Below, piece by piece: positions 25,990-39,332 of a stretch of DNA of 64,000 nt. Origin of the DNA: Octopus vulgaris. Taxonomy: Eukaryota. The position numbers and the translations under genes are program-made. The DNA lies in assembly GCA_951406725.2 (NCBI GenBank), contig OX597831.1, forward strand, positions 45,260,001-45,324,000. Direction: 5' to 3'. Positions within the stretch are counted from its first letter, which is position 1, and each line of letters opens with the position of its first letter. The notes beneath the pieces were generated by a model. It ran no database searches, was not told the DNA's origin, and worked only from the letters and a program-made list of their open reading frames with translations.

Positions 25990-26171
25990 AGTGATCACCG
26001 TGCAAATGACTAAGGAAAATAGTCTAATAATGGGGCATATAATCCCTCGACGAAAAAGTAGGCTTTCCCGTACATGTGGAATGCATACGGAAAAGTCTAC
26101 TTTCTTTCTGTTGAGGGCTTATATACCCCATTATTAGACTATTTTCCTTAGACATTTGCACGGTGATCACT
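25990..26171. mobile_element. Palindromic MITE (TTAA-flanked, AG terminus; Kolobok-like)
   Basis: ttaa|AGTGATCACCGTGCAAATG...CATTTGCACGGTGATCACT|ataa, with arms of about 85 bp. Confidence 0.7.
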
Positions 26172-26243
26172 ATAAGCTTAAAGCTTATAAAGAAAAATAC
26201 TGTTTTTTATTATTTACACACACACATATGTATACATATGTAT

Positions 26244-26244
<1 letters not shown>

Positions 26245-26276
<32 letters not shown>

Positions 26277-26608
26277 GTTTAACGTCCGTTTTCCATGCTA
26301 GCATGGGTTGGACGGTTCAACTGGGGTCTGGGAAGCCAGAAGGCTGTGCCAGGCCCAGTCTGATCTGGCAGTGTTTCTACAGCTGGATGCCCTTCCTAAC
26401 ACCAACCACTCCGTGAGTGTAGTGGGTGCTTTTTACGTGCCACCTGCACAGGTGCCAGACGAGGCTGGCAAACGGCCACAATCGGATGGTGCATTTTACG
26501 TGCCACCGGCACGGAGGCCAGTCGGGGCGGCGCTGGCAATGGCCACGTTCAGATGGTTGTCTTACGTGCCATCGGCACTGGTATCACAGCTGCAATTTCC
26601 ATTGCCTC
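26245..26608 (-). mobile_element. Repeat family C
   Basis: (CAT)n plus consensus body. Confidence 0.8.
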
Positions 26609-27038
26609 ATAGCTTTGAGATTCTGATAATGTGACTGTTTTTAGAATGACATCAAAGGGTAGGTGTTAGAGGCCATATCTGGCTTGTATGAACATAAACA
26701 GGAAGAATATTTTGGTTGCATTGTATGCTAAAGGGTTAAACTCACATATTGCAATGATTAAGTGCAAATCGTTTACTTAATTAAGGTTTATTTACATTGG
26801 AATAAGTTGTTTCCCTTTTCCTTGAGTTATTGTTGTAATCGGTCAGTTCCTAATGTATATATATATTTATATATAAGTATATATATATATAGTTTAACCC
26901 CAGTAACATTCAACTGCCACTTTGATGTGGATACTCACTTTATATATATATATGGCGGTGCCCCAGCATGGCCACAGCTCATTAGCTGAAACTGGAAAAA
27001 TCATCATCAAAATCATATATATATATATATATATATTA

Positions 27039-27259
27039 TTGGGTTGGTGCATAATTATTGCACCTTTTTTTCAACAAATTTTATTCAACAAAAACAATAA
27101 CAATATTTAACAAAAACATCTTAAAATGACGGTCTGACCATCTGCTAAGCAAATGGGAAGCAGTAATTGAAGTAGATGGTGAATATGCTCCAGGATAATT
27201 ATTTAAAGATGTTTTTGTTACATGTTGAAAAAAGTTGCAATAATTATGTACCAATGCAA
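27039..27259 (+). mobile_element. Mariner-derived MITE
   Basis: TA|TTGGGTTGGTGCATAATTATTGCA ... TGCAATAATTATGTACCAATGCAA|TA, with internal remnant KWEAVIEVDGEY (mariner C-terminus). Confidence 0.8.
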
Positions 27260-27929
27260 TATATTTATATATATCTATATTTATATATGAGACCAAAGTG
27301 TACACATGCCGTTATATGTATATAAAAAAGAGTACAAAACATGGGACAAGAATGCAAAACATCCTGACAGCTACACAATACAAAAATGAAAGTAGTGAAT
27401 GAATATGGAAACAAGGACAGAAAAAAACCCCAGAGAATTGGTACACAAATACAAATGCAAATAACAAGACATTAACAACAGGTGTCTTTCAACTAATGAT
27501 GAATTAAATTAAGCTGGTGTGTGTGGAAGTGAAGTCTTATGGCAGGGACATAAGAGATGACAGGCATAGGAAGGAATATAGATGTTGCACAGATGGTAGT
27601 CAAAAGGTCAGGCTTGGCTGAACACTGGTCATGTGGAGGGAGAGAAGAGAGGTAGAGGCAGAGGGATAGAAGAATTAGGGAGGGATAAGAAAAAAGGAAA
27701 AGGGACAGAGGGAAGTGAAAGAGGAGGGAAGGTGAGAATGAAGGGAAGGCCAGGAAATGTGAGAGAGGGGGAACAAAAGAAAGAAGAGTGGAAAGAATGA
27801 TGTAAGTGTGAAGGGGCTGATAGAAAGAAGGAAAGAATGAAAGAAAAAGAGAGTCGTACAGAATTTATATATATATATATATATAGATCAATAAATGGTG
27901 GGGTTGTGTTGACCGCACGTGGAGAAATG

Positions 27930-29250
27930 ATAAGTAAGGAAAAATTTTTTTAAAAATGCAGAATGCTCAAATGAAATAAAATTTTAATAAAATGAGAAAA
28001 TGATAAAATATATAAATATATATATTTATTCAACCGGTTTTCGTCAATGTATGACTTGTCAAGAATATTTATGTTTTAAGAAGTTTTTTTGAAAATTAGA
28101 AAGGGGAAAAAAAGAAAATTGCAATGTTTTTTGTAAAAGAATAATGATAAAAATGTACAAAAATTAAAAAATAAGTTCTCCGATACATTGTGAGTTCGTT
28201 GTGTATCTTGAGTTTTATAGTTGTTTACCAAACGAGTCTCAAACGAGTCTCCCGTTACGTAAACGAGTAACGGTGCATAAAGAACAAATAAATCTCCCGG
28301 AATACCGACAAATTCCACTGAGTGACCACTTAGACTCATGTGCCAAAGACTTAAACCCCAAATTCTATATATTCCCCTTCTACCAATGTAAAGACGGGAT
28401 CACCACACAGGAGAGAATTAACAAGGAGAATCTCTTTATTGAAAAATTCCAAACACAACTTAATATGCAAACTCCTCGTTGATCAAACTTCCTTTCTCTA
28501 CCTCACTCTTCATGGATGGACTAACACAAATATATAAAGATACCATGCATTCACCACTTCAAGCTAAAACTTATATTCTTTAAATATCATTTTCACTATT
28601 GTTGTTGTTACTACTATCATTTTTATTATAAATGATATGACAATTTGAAATGCAATTGTCTATGCAGTTTTATATTATTAGAAAATAATATAAATAAAGT
28701 GTTAAAATCTGAAAGTTAAGTTAACAAGCAATTATATATAAAAAAGATAATGCAAATGAAGCTAAAATGATAGTTTTATAATTTGGGTTTTATTGAAGAA
28801 CTCAAAAGAGTTTTCTCCCCTTACTCACAACACAGGAACTGAAGAACCAGGACCACAATTACTACTACTTCCTGTCCTGCAACATGCTGTATTCAACAAC
28901 ACAACACATCACATGCTCTTAATCCCTTTGGATCTTAACACCTCAAGGTAACTTTTTGGTAAACAACTATAAAACTCAAGATACACAACGAACTCACAAT
29001 GTATCGGAGAACTTATTTTTTAATTTTTGTACATTTTTATCATTATTCTTTTACAAAAAACATTGCAATTTTCTTTTTTCCCCTTTCTAATTTTCAAAAA
29101 ACTTCTTAAAACATAAATATTCTTGACAAGTCATACATTGACGAAAACCGGTTGAATAAATATATATATTTATATATTTTATCATTTTCTCATTTTATTA
29201 AAATTTTATTTCATTTGAGCATTCTGCATTTTTAAAAAAATTTTTCCTTA

Positions 29251-29255
<5 letters not shown>
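27930..29255 (+). mobile_element. 5'-truncated Penelope-like retroelement with inverted pLTR copy
   Basis: ORF 28201-28482 (TSLPLRKRVTVHKEQI..PLSDHLDSC..RINKENLFIEKFQTQLN) resembles the C-terminal half of a GIY-YIG endonuclease. About 300-bp inverted repeats at 27930-28232 and 28955-29255, each with an HHR-like motif. Confidence 0.85.
29118..29158 (+). ncRNA. Hammerhead-like motif, U3:A8 variant (inverted copy at 28027-28067)
   Basis: tattc-TTGACAA-gtca-tacat-tgac-GAAA-accgg-TT-gaata. Confidence 0.55.
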
Positions 29256-29289
<34 letters not shown>

Positions 29290-29632
29290 TTATATATAAA
29301 AGAACAAAGTGTAAGTGTGCTGCTATATGTGTATAAAAAGAAGAATACAAAAAAGGGGACAACAAAACGTCCAGACACATGATACAACAAAGGTACAAGA
29401 AAAAACAAGGGAGGGGTCATCTGGAGTTTTCTTTTGTCAGTCGAGTTCCAGATTATTTTTGCAATTCCAGCTGGTTATACACAAGATTGCTCCAATCTGG
29501 CCAGCCCCAAGGGAAATCTAAGCTAAGAGCACTAGATTCCTTGGAAGAAAGCACCGAATGTATATGAAAACAAAGACAGAAAAAAGATAGAGAAATGTTA
29601 CACAAATACAAATAACAGAACATTTTTTGTAT

Positions 29633-29703
<71 letters not shown>

Positions 29704-29769
29704 TATATACATATATACATATATATATTTATATATATATACATACATACATACATACATATATATATT

Positions 29770-29834
<65 letters not shown>

Positions 29835-29881
29835 GTATGTATTTATATTTATATGTATATATTTATATTCATATATAATAT

Positions 29882-29945
<64 letters not shown>

Positions 29946-30056
29946 ATAAATATCAGGGAATAAATCCAAATTTACAGGGAAAAATCAGATTTAGGATTGA
30001 ATCCAATTTTATAGTAATTTGAGTTCATAGTTTAAAACTTGCAAAGAAGATTTTGA

Positions 30057-30110
30057 AACCACCTGAAGAATGTCTCATAGAAGTGTTGACACGAAATGAT
30101 CGTAGTGGTT
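30057..30110 (+). ncRNA. Minimal type I hammerhead motif in a (TA)n-flanked fragment (about 29942-30208)
   Basis: aaccac-CTGAAGA-atgtc...gacac-GAAA-tgatcg-TA-gtggtt. Perfect 6-bp stem I, intact core, near-palindromic stem III. Confidence 0.7.
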
Positions 30111-31072
30111 ATTTTAATTAAATTTAATTTATATAAATTATTTTATGTATTGGCTTAAGTCTTTCTTTGTTTGATTTGCATAATAGTGGTTTTGTCTCTA
30201 ATTTAATATAATATATATATATATATATATATAACATATATATTAATGCTAGTTTTTATGTTCAATTATAATTTAAAAAAAACAATTTTACATTAATTTG
30301 ATAGATTACTATATACTTTTGTCCAATAATGGTTTAGCTGGCCAAAATCACTATCAACAACATCCTTGTTTAAGAATGTGTGTGTGTAAATACATTTTCA
30401 TGAAATAACTGTATAGAATACTGGTAACAGCGTCTGCTGTGATACAAGTTCACTTCCTCAGTCAAGTAGAAGCATAACATTCCATTTACTCTTCATACCA
30501 TCAACTTCCTGCAATTGTCACTTTTGTAGAATGGAACAGTTCCAGCCAGTCTGGCTTGTTCTTAAAATACTTAGATATTTCAAAACAGTTTTTACTGGTC
30601 ACAAAATGACCTTCTGTCTCCTTGTTAAATCATCTTCAACATCATTATCATTATCATCATCATTAAACACCCATTTTCCTTGCTTTCATGGGTTGGATGG
30701 CTTGACAGGAGCTGGCAAGGCCAGAGGGCATATCAGGCTCCATAGTCTGTTTCGGCTTGGCTTCTATGGCTTGATGCCCTTCCCAATGCTAACCACGTTA
30801 CAGAATGTACTGGGTGCTTTTTATGTGACATCATCACCAGTGCTTTTCACATGGCACCAGCACCCACACCAATGCTTTATATGTGGCACTTTGGTCTTAG
30901 GATCTCAATTCTGTTATGGTGGGTGGGTCTCCTTCTGTACAGCAGTGTGCCACATATCTCGGTCCCCTGTCATCTCCTTTGTAAGGTTCAGCATTTTGAG
31001 ATCAAATGCAATGCTAATCCTTTGTTTTGAATTAATCAGGCATTACCTTGCAGCTTCAATGTTTCAACGATG

Positions 31073-31667
31073 TCATCATCATCATCATCGTTTAAACGTC
31101 CGCTTTCCATGCTAGCATGGGTTGGACGATTTGACTGAGGACTGGCAAACCAGATGGCTGCACCAGGCTCCAATCTGATCTGGCAGAGTTTCTACAGTTG
31201 TATGCCCTTCCTAATGCCAATCACTCCAAGAGTGTAGTGGGTGCTTTTACATGCCACCAACATGAGGGCCAATCAGGCGGTACTGGCAACGGCTACGCTC
31301 AAATGGTGTTTTTTTACGTGTCACCTGCACAGGAGCCAGTCCAGCGGCACTGGCAATGACCTGGCTTGAATGTTTTTTCATGTGCCACCAGCACAAGTGC
31401 CAGTAAGGTGACACAAGTAACAATCACGCTCAAATAGTGCTTTTTACATGCCACCTGCACAGGAGCCAGTCAAGCAGCACTGGCAACGACCTCACTTGAA
31501 TGTCTTTTCACATGTCACCAGTAAGGCAACACAAGTAACAATCACGCTCAAATGGTACTTTTTTTACATCCCACCCGCACAGGAGCCAGTCCAGCGGCAC
31601 TGGCAACGACCTCGTTCAAATGTTTTTTCACATGCCACCGGCACAAGTGCCAGTAAGGCAACGCTGG
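31073..31667 (-). mobile_element. Repeat family C with about 3 internal tandem units (about 120 bp)
   Basis: Repeated gcacaggagccagtc..gcactggcaacgacct units. Confidence 0.8.
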
Positions 31668-31899
31668 TGTGATTGTTAATTTTTGGAATGACATAGCAGT
31701 TTAGATGTCGGAGGCAGGATTTGGCTGGTTTGAACATAAAACGGATAGAATTTTTTTTTTCTGGAAATGGCAGGTTTAAATGCTAAAGAAATGTATAAAT
31801 CACAGTTAAGGTATCATGAGGGTTTAAATCTGAATAACACAACTGACAACAACAGAAAAATCATGTATAATCATTTATCTTTAATCTGCTTCAGTCATT

Positions 31900-32200
31900 G
31901 TGGCTTAGTGGTTAGGGTACTTGGCTCACGATCGTAAGGTCATGAGTTCAATTCCTAACAGTGTGTTGTGTCCTTGAGCAAGACACTTTATTTCACATTG
32001 CTCCAGTCCACTCAGCTGGCAAAAATGAGTAGTACCTGTATTTCAAAGAGCCAGCCTAGTCACACTCTGTGTCATGCTGAATCTCCTGAGAACTATGCTA
32101 AGAGTACACATGTGGTGTACTTGCATGTTAATTTCACAAGCAGGCAGGTCAGTGGATCAGATCACCTGGAACCATCATTGTTGTAACTGACGGAGTGTCA
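31900..32200 (+). mobile_element. SINE family E
   Basis: tRNA head followed by gtgtccttgagcaagacactttatttcac. Confidence 0.75.
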
Positions 32201-32214
32201 GTTGCCAGTTAAAA

Positions 32215-32634
32215 TCACTGGAATTGAGGCCATGCTGGAGCACTGCCTTGAACAACTGTTAGTCAAATGAATCAACCCAGTACTTTTTTTTAAAGCCTGG
32301 TACTTATTCTATAATCTCTTTTTACCAAACCGCTACATTATGGGGATGTAAACAAACTAATACCAGTTGTCAAGCAGTGGTAGAGGACAAACACAGACGT
32401 AAATACACATACTACCATATATATATATATATATATATTTCTCTTTTACTTGTTTCAGTCATTTTGACTGTGGCCATGCTGGAGCACCGTCTTTAATCGA
32501 GCAAATCGACCCCAGGACTTATTCTTTGGAAGCCTAGTACTTATTCTATCGGTCTCTTTTGCTGAACCGCTAAGTAATGGGGACGTAAACACACCACCAT
32601 TGGTTGTCAAGCGATGTTGGGGGGACAAACACAG

Positions 32635-32669
<35 letters not shown>

Positions 32670-33060
32670 CACACATATATACGATGGGCTTCTTTCAGTT
32701 TCTGTCTACCAAATCCACCCACAAGGCTTTGGTTGGCCCGAGGCTATAGTAGAAGACACTTGCCCAAGATGCCATGCAGTGGGAATGAACCCAGAACCAT
32801 GTGGTTGGTAAGCAATCTACTTACCACATAGCCACTCCATATATATATATAAGGTTTGTGCATGTGCATGTGTGTGTATGTGTGTTTAAATATATATATA
32901 CAACAGGCTTCTTTCAGTCTCTATTCACCAAATCCATTCACAAGGCTTTGGTCAGCTTTTGGCTATAGTAGAAGACACAAGCCCAAGGTGCCATGCAGTG
33001 GGACTGAACTTGGAACCATGTGGCTGGGAAGCAAGCTTCTTACTATACAGCCACACCTAC
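32215..33060 (-). mobile_element. Nested or adjacent SINE family A copies (full copy at 32440-32838)
   Basis: Reverse complement of the consensus. Confidence 0.8.
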
Positions 33061-33415
33061 CTCTAGCCAAATCAGCTTGACATAGTGTGTGATACAGCTA
33101 ACCCTTTAAGTTAGAGGTAGAATCTCTCTAATGGGCACCCATACACTTCTGTTCAACCAGTTTCACTCACCCGGCACAAGCATGGCTGTGTAGTTAAGAA
33201 ACTTGCTTTACAACCATTTGGTTTTCAGTTCAGTTGCACTGAGTAACACCTTCAGCAAGTGTCTCCTATTATAGTTACTGGGCTGACTAATGTCTTGTAA
33301 GTAAACCCGGTGAATGTAAACTATGTGGAATTTCATTTCATTTCATATATACACAAACACACACACACATATCAACCATAAAAAACAGAAAGTATGAGAA
33401 CTTGTGTGTGTATGT

Positions 33416-33455
<40 letters not shown>

Positions 33456-34184
33456 CATTGCAACCTGCTGTTTATATTAATTTTATACACTTCAGTGAAT
33501 TGCTAAATCATGCCAAAGTAGGTATTAGAGCTTGGATTAGCCCTTAGGCTCATCAGTTTATGATAAAATGTCCAAGCCATGACAGCAGAGAGAAAGGAAC
33601 ACTAACCCTTTTGATACCAACCTGCCCTTGATTCTATGATGCAAACTTACCATTTTAAAGTGATCTAAATTTTGATAACAATGAGAACAGCTCCCATCAA
33701 AATTTCATGTAAATTTAAGTTCGAAGCACCAGCTTCATCATCATCATCATCGTTTAACATCCGTTTTCCATGCTGGCATGGGTTGGACAGTTCGACTGGG
33801 GTCTGGGAGGCCAGGAGGTCGCGCCAAGCTCCAGTCTGATCTGGTGATAAATTCATTTTACTAAATACTTCATTATTTTCAAAATTTACCAAACCAAAGG
33901 TAGCGTATTTCAATAGAAATATGATCTCAAAAGGATTCAATACAGCTGAAGCTCACATGTGCAACATAGAAATTTAAAATGCAATTCAGAGACAAAAACT
34001 CCCTCTAAAGAGGTTTAACCCTTTTGATACCAACCTGCCTGTGACTATCCTTGGTTCTATAATACAAACTCTGTTTTAAAGTGGTCTAAAGCCTTGTGAG
34101 TGGATTTGGTGAACAGAAACTGAAAGAAGCCCACATTATATATATTTTTTGACCCCCAGACAGTTTTTACTTCAATTTTTTACT

Positions 34185-34227
34185 GATACTTGATAAGATG
34201 AGATTCATCATCGAAACCAGTAATATT
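34185..34227 (+). ncRNA. Hammerhead-like motif, U3:A8 variant
   Basis: gatac-TTGATAA-gatga-gattca-tcatc-GAAA-ccag-TA-atatt. Perfect 5-bp stem II. Lies in a fragment inserted in the (TA)n tract of a family A SINE. Confidence 0.55.
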
Positions 34228-35065
34228 TTCTTCATATAATTTTTAAATCATTTTATTAAATTTCTTCTTAAATTGAAATGTCTTAGATTTACTTCTGTGC
34301 TATTTTCACCTCCCTCTTTTGTATATATATGTATGTATGTGTGTGTGTGTGTATGTATATATATGTGTGTGTGTGTATATCTATGTATATATTGTGTTTG
34401 ATCTATCACTTTTTGACACCAGTGTTGGCTTGTGTTTCCTCATAACTTAGCAGTTTAACAAAAGGGACTAAAAGAATAATTACTACAACTTCAGAATAAG
34501 AAACCGAGATCAATTTGGTCAACAAAACTCCTTCAAGGTGATATTTTAGTATGAGTGAAACGAGTGAGAGAAAAAAGATAAATAAAAAAAAAGTGAGAGG
34601 AATTTTGAAAATAACTTTTGTCATTTTAAAGTTGATGTTTAGAACATAAATTTACCAGAAATTTTGATGAACAATTTTCTGCATTTGATGACATAAAGAA
34701 TGCATAAGCTTAAATAATAATGTATTTTGATGATGTGTTTGCTTATTTTTTTAGAATACCTTTGTAGGGAGGGTAAGGGAAACTGAATTTGGTTGGTTTC
34801 AACATAAAGCAATCAGAAAATTTGTGCTGGATTAAATGTTAAAGAATTAAGACAGTGATTTAGTATCATAGAACTAGGAGTGATTTTTGTTTGGTTGGTT
34901 TCAAAAGGATTGTTTAACCTTTAAACCAGCAGTATCTGGTCCAAATATTTTACCTGCTTTATGTTCAAACTGGCCAGATCCAGTCTCTTACACCTACCCT
35001 ACAATAAACAATCATAATAATCTAAAAATAAACAATCATATCATCAAAATCTTGAAGGTATCATA

Positions 35066-35448
35066 GGCGCAGGCATGGCTGTGTGGTAAGTAGCTTGCTT
35101 ACCAACCACATGGTTCTGGGTTCATTCCCACTGCATGGCACCTTGGGCAAGTATCTTCTACTATAGCCTCGGGCTGACCAAAGCCTTGTGAGTGGATTTG
35201 GTAGACGGAAACTGAAAGAAGCCCATCGTATATATGTATATGCTTGTGTCTGTGTTTGTCACCCCAACATTGCTTGACAACCAACGGTGGTGTGTTTACG
35301 TTCCTGTAACTTAGCAGTTCGGCAAGAGAGACCGATAGAATAAGTACTAGGCTTCCAAAAAATAAGTCCTGAGGTCGATTTGCTTGACTAAAGGCGGTGC
35401 TCCAGCATGGCCGCAGTCAAATGACTGAAACAAGTAAAAGATAAAAGA
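35066..35448 (+). mobile_element. SINE family A, full length, nested in a piggyBac-MITE remnant
   Basis: Consensus match. Confidence 0.85.
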
Positions 35449-38400
35449 GGTGAGATAATGCATGATTAATTCGAAACAATGAATGAAGTAGTGAGAACGG
35501 ATTTTTGAGGAAATGACAAGGGGCCAGATATGATTTGCTGTACTTGATAAGACATGTCAAGCTGAGTAAAATCGCTGTCTTCCACACATAGAGGCTTATC
35601 CTTTCAGGTGCTGGTGCCACTTGAAGAGCACCTGAGCCAGTGCTGCATTAACACACCTGTGCCACATAAAAAGCACCCAGCACACTGTTGAATGGTTGGC
35701 ATCAGGAAGGGCATCCATCTGTAGAAACCATGCTTCAACAGGCAGCTCTATGTCAAACCGTCCAATCCATTCCAGTATGGAAAGAAGACATTAAACAATG
35801 ATGATGATGATGAATGTGAATAAATAAGCATTACATTTGACAGAGTAATGTAGATGCTAAAGAATTAAATATTGTTGATTCAAAGCAGAAAACCTGCTAC
35901 AGTTTTATATTCAAGTATTGTACTATTACATATTTCTTAATTGTGCATAACGGAAATTCATAGCAAGTTACGTACAGTTGCACATGTACTTCAGTGAAAT
36001 TATGGACTAATTAAAATAACACACAAACATATTATTCTCTAATTTTATTCACATTATTTCCTGTAGTAAGTTGTGAATGACAGTAGTTCACAAGGTTACG
36101 AATAATGAATGGATATGAAGTGCTTGTTGGTAAGCAGGTCACAAGACAGGAAGACAAATACTGAGGCCCTTGTAACCAAAGACTTAACCCTTTAGCATTC
36201 ACCTTATTTTGTAGCTTTGCGATTTTGATGAAGTAACTGTTAATTTTTAGAATGACATTGTAGGGTAAGTGTGAGAGGCCAAATCTGGCCAATTTGAATA
36301 GGTAAAATATTTTGGCCATGTATGGCCACTTTAAACCTTTAGCTTTTCGATTTTTCTGTCAACTGTAGAGATTATTTATTGCTATTGTTTTGGATTAATT
36401 ATGCATTATCTCATAGCTTTGAGAGTTCAATAACATTACCATGGCATTTTTAGAATAACATAGTAGGGTCGGAGATCAGATCAGGTTGGTTTGAACACAA
36501 AAACAGATAAAATATTTGGGCCAGATTGAATGCTAAAGCATTAAACACTTACACCAAGAAACAGATAAACATAATTGGTTGGTTCACCCAGGGCCACAGC
36601 AGAAAACACCCTGCCCAAGATTCGGCTTGGTTGGACTGAAAGCAAAATTACATGGTTGCAAAGCAAGTTGTTAACCAGGCCACCATATCGGCATGTATGT
36701 AAGCAAAATATTAAGTGATACAAAAGACCGTTTAAATGCCATCAATTATGTAAGTGGCTCACTTAGTAGTTGATGGCATTTAGATCACTTTGAACCATTA
36801 CCATTCAGATTATACCATTAAATGTAATGCCTATTTATTTGTCGTTTTTAATTAGCTGTCATTACATGGTAGCCTTCTTGACTGTAAATTGTCTTGCAAG
36901 GTACTTGGCAACCTCACTGGTGGCAAAAAAAATTTTAAAAAGCATCCTGTACACACTGTAAAGTGGTTGGCATTAAGAATGGTATTCAGTTATAGACACC
37001 AAGCCAAAACTGATATTGGAGCCTGATGCAGCTCATTGAATCCTGTCAAACTATCCATCCCATACCAGCAAGAACAGACATGAAGTGAGGATAATAATTA
37101 CAGTTGAGACCTCTGACATATTTTATTGGTTTCAGTCACTGGATAGGGGCACTGCCTGGAAGGGTTTAGTCAAATTGACCCCAGTTCTTATTCTATCAGT
37201 CTCTTTTATTGAACTGCTCCATGATAGGGACATAAGCAAACCAACACTGGGGAACAAACACATACACATAACAGATTTCCTTCAGTTTCTGTCCACTAAA
37301 CTCACCTACGAGGTTTTGGTTGGCCCGAGGCTACAGTAGAAGGCATTTGCTCAAGGTGCCACACAGTGGGACTGAAACCAGAACCATATGGTTATGAAGC
37401 AAACTTTTTACTATGCATGCACCTCCTTCATGTTTCAGGGAGGGGGGGCACTGGATTTTACCCTGTAATTCCTAATATGAAGGAATTAATTATTGCGATC
37501 GTCAGCAAATCAGGTTGTAAGAAAATGCTGCAAAGGCAATTTCTAAAATAGGCACAAAGCCATAAATATAAGAATTCCTTGATTTACAAATAGTTATCAG
37601 GCTTCACTTGTTTCAGTTACTGAACTGCGGCCATTCTGGAACACTGCCTTGAAGGGTTTAGTTGAACAAATCAAACCCATTTTTATTTCTAAGCCAGGTA
37701 CTTCAGTTGTCTCTTTTGCCAAACTGCTAGGTTGCAGGGATGTAAATAAACCAACACCAGTAGTCAAGCAGTGGAGGACAAACACAAATACATAGAGATA
37801 TAACCACAACAGGCTTCTTTCAGTTTTCGTCAACCAAATTCACTCACAAGGCTTTGCCCAGGGCCATAGTAGAAGACATTTGCCAAGTGTTGCAGTGGGA
37901 CCAAACCCTAGACCACATAGTTGGGAAGCAAGCATTTTAGCCACAGAGTCAGGTCTCAACACTATAATTATTATGAACATGTGGGTTTTTTTTAGATTAT
38001 ACAACCAAACTCACACCCCCTTATCTGTGCCCCGCAGAAATCAGCTGTTACAGTTTATCCTCACACAAAGCATTTCAATGACTGGGGTTACAAGACACTA
38101 TTATAATGTGCACTGGAGTTGTGTTTTCTGAGATGTGAAGAAAAGATGACCAAAATAGACATTGACACTCTACAATTAGATACTTTATGAAAATAAAAAC
38201 AGTGCTACCTGAAACCAGATTTTAAAACCTGTATATATATATATATCCACACTGAAGTAAACAAAAACAATGTCCTTTTTGAAGAATATGCTTTAATATA
38301 TGCATTACAAAATAAAAACTGCAAGTTGTTTACAGCATATAAGGATAAATATCACTTTATTTTGCATAATTTTGTAGCTTTGTACAGAAAAAATGAGAAT

Positions 38401-39119
38401 GAAAACAAATAATAGTAATAATAAAAATAGTAGTAGTAATAATAATAATGATAATTAATGATAGTAATGATGGTGATAATAGTAATAATAATAATAATAA
38501 TAATGGCTAATAACTGATTTTGTATTTTTGTTTTTGGATTCTTTAGGTGGCCTCCCTTCTGATAGATGCAGTGGCCACGAATTTTTTGTTTGTTTTAATT
38601 TTCTTTTCCAGTTGAATGACCGACCTGACATATTGTGACAGCCATGTAACTTGCCTTACCTCCTCTGTAGGTGGAACAACTAAAAACTATTGACGACATT
38701 TTGGCTGGCTTCACCTGCTGACACACACACACACACACTATAATGTTAAATGTTGCCTTTAAAGTTATATATAGAGAAAAGGAACTGGAAGCTGTGATAA
38801 TCATGCCTTTCCAGCAGAGCATTAGTGAATAGTTGCTCAAGAACCTCCTGCAACACCATTAAGCTTAAGAATTTTTTATAGATAACCATGATCTCAGATA
38901 TTTTGTTCCACTGGCAAGAGAGAGAGAGAGAATGGGGTGATTTTCACCATAACTAGGAGACAGAAATGAAGCTTAATGATTCCAACAGAGAACCAAGTTC
39001 ATGTTGCAGACTCAGTTTTTTAATGACTCATTGAAGGATATAATCAATTTAATCAGGTTGTATATTAAATTAAACAGGTACTTCATCTTATTGACCTTAA
39101 ACCACAAAGATACATAAAA

Positions 39120-39332
39120 TATTCTACTCTATTCTAGGCACAAGGCTTGACATTTTGGAGCGGGGGGGTCGATTAGATCGACCCCAGTACGCAACTGGTA
39201 CTTAATTTATCGACCCCAAAAAGATGCAAGGCAAAGTCCACTTTGGCAGAATTTGGACTCAGAACGTAGACAGATGAAATAGCGCTAAGCATTTCGCCCG
39301 GCATGCTAATGTTTCTGCCAGCTCGCCGCCTT
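39120..39332 (-). mobile_element. SINE family B (older copies follow to about 39790)
   Basis: Consensus match, flanked by a duplicated aaagatacataaaatatt (TSD). Confidence 0.8.

Noticed and set aside
25048-25994. Many YI/HT/CV-repeat ORFs (also at 3607, 23957, 29518, 42279)
   Set aside because: Translations of (TA)n/(CA)n microsatellites and SINE bodies.
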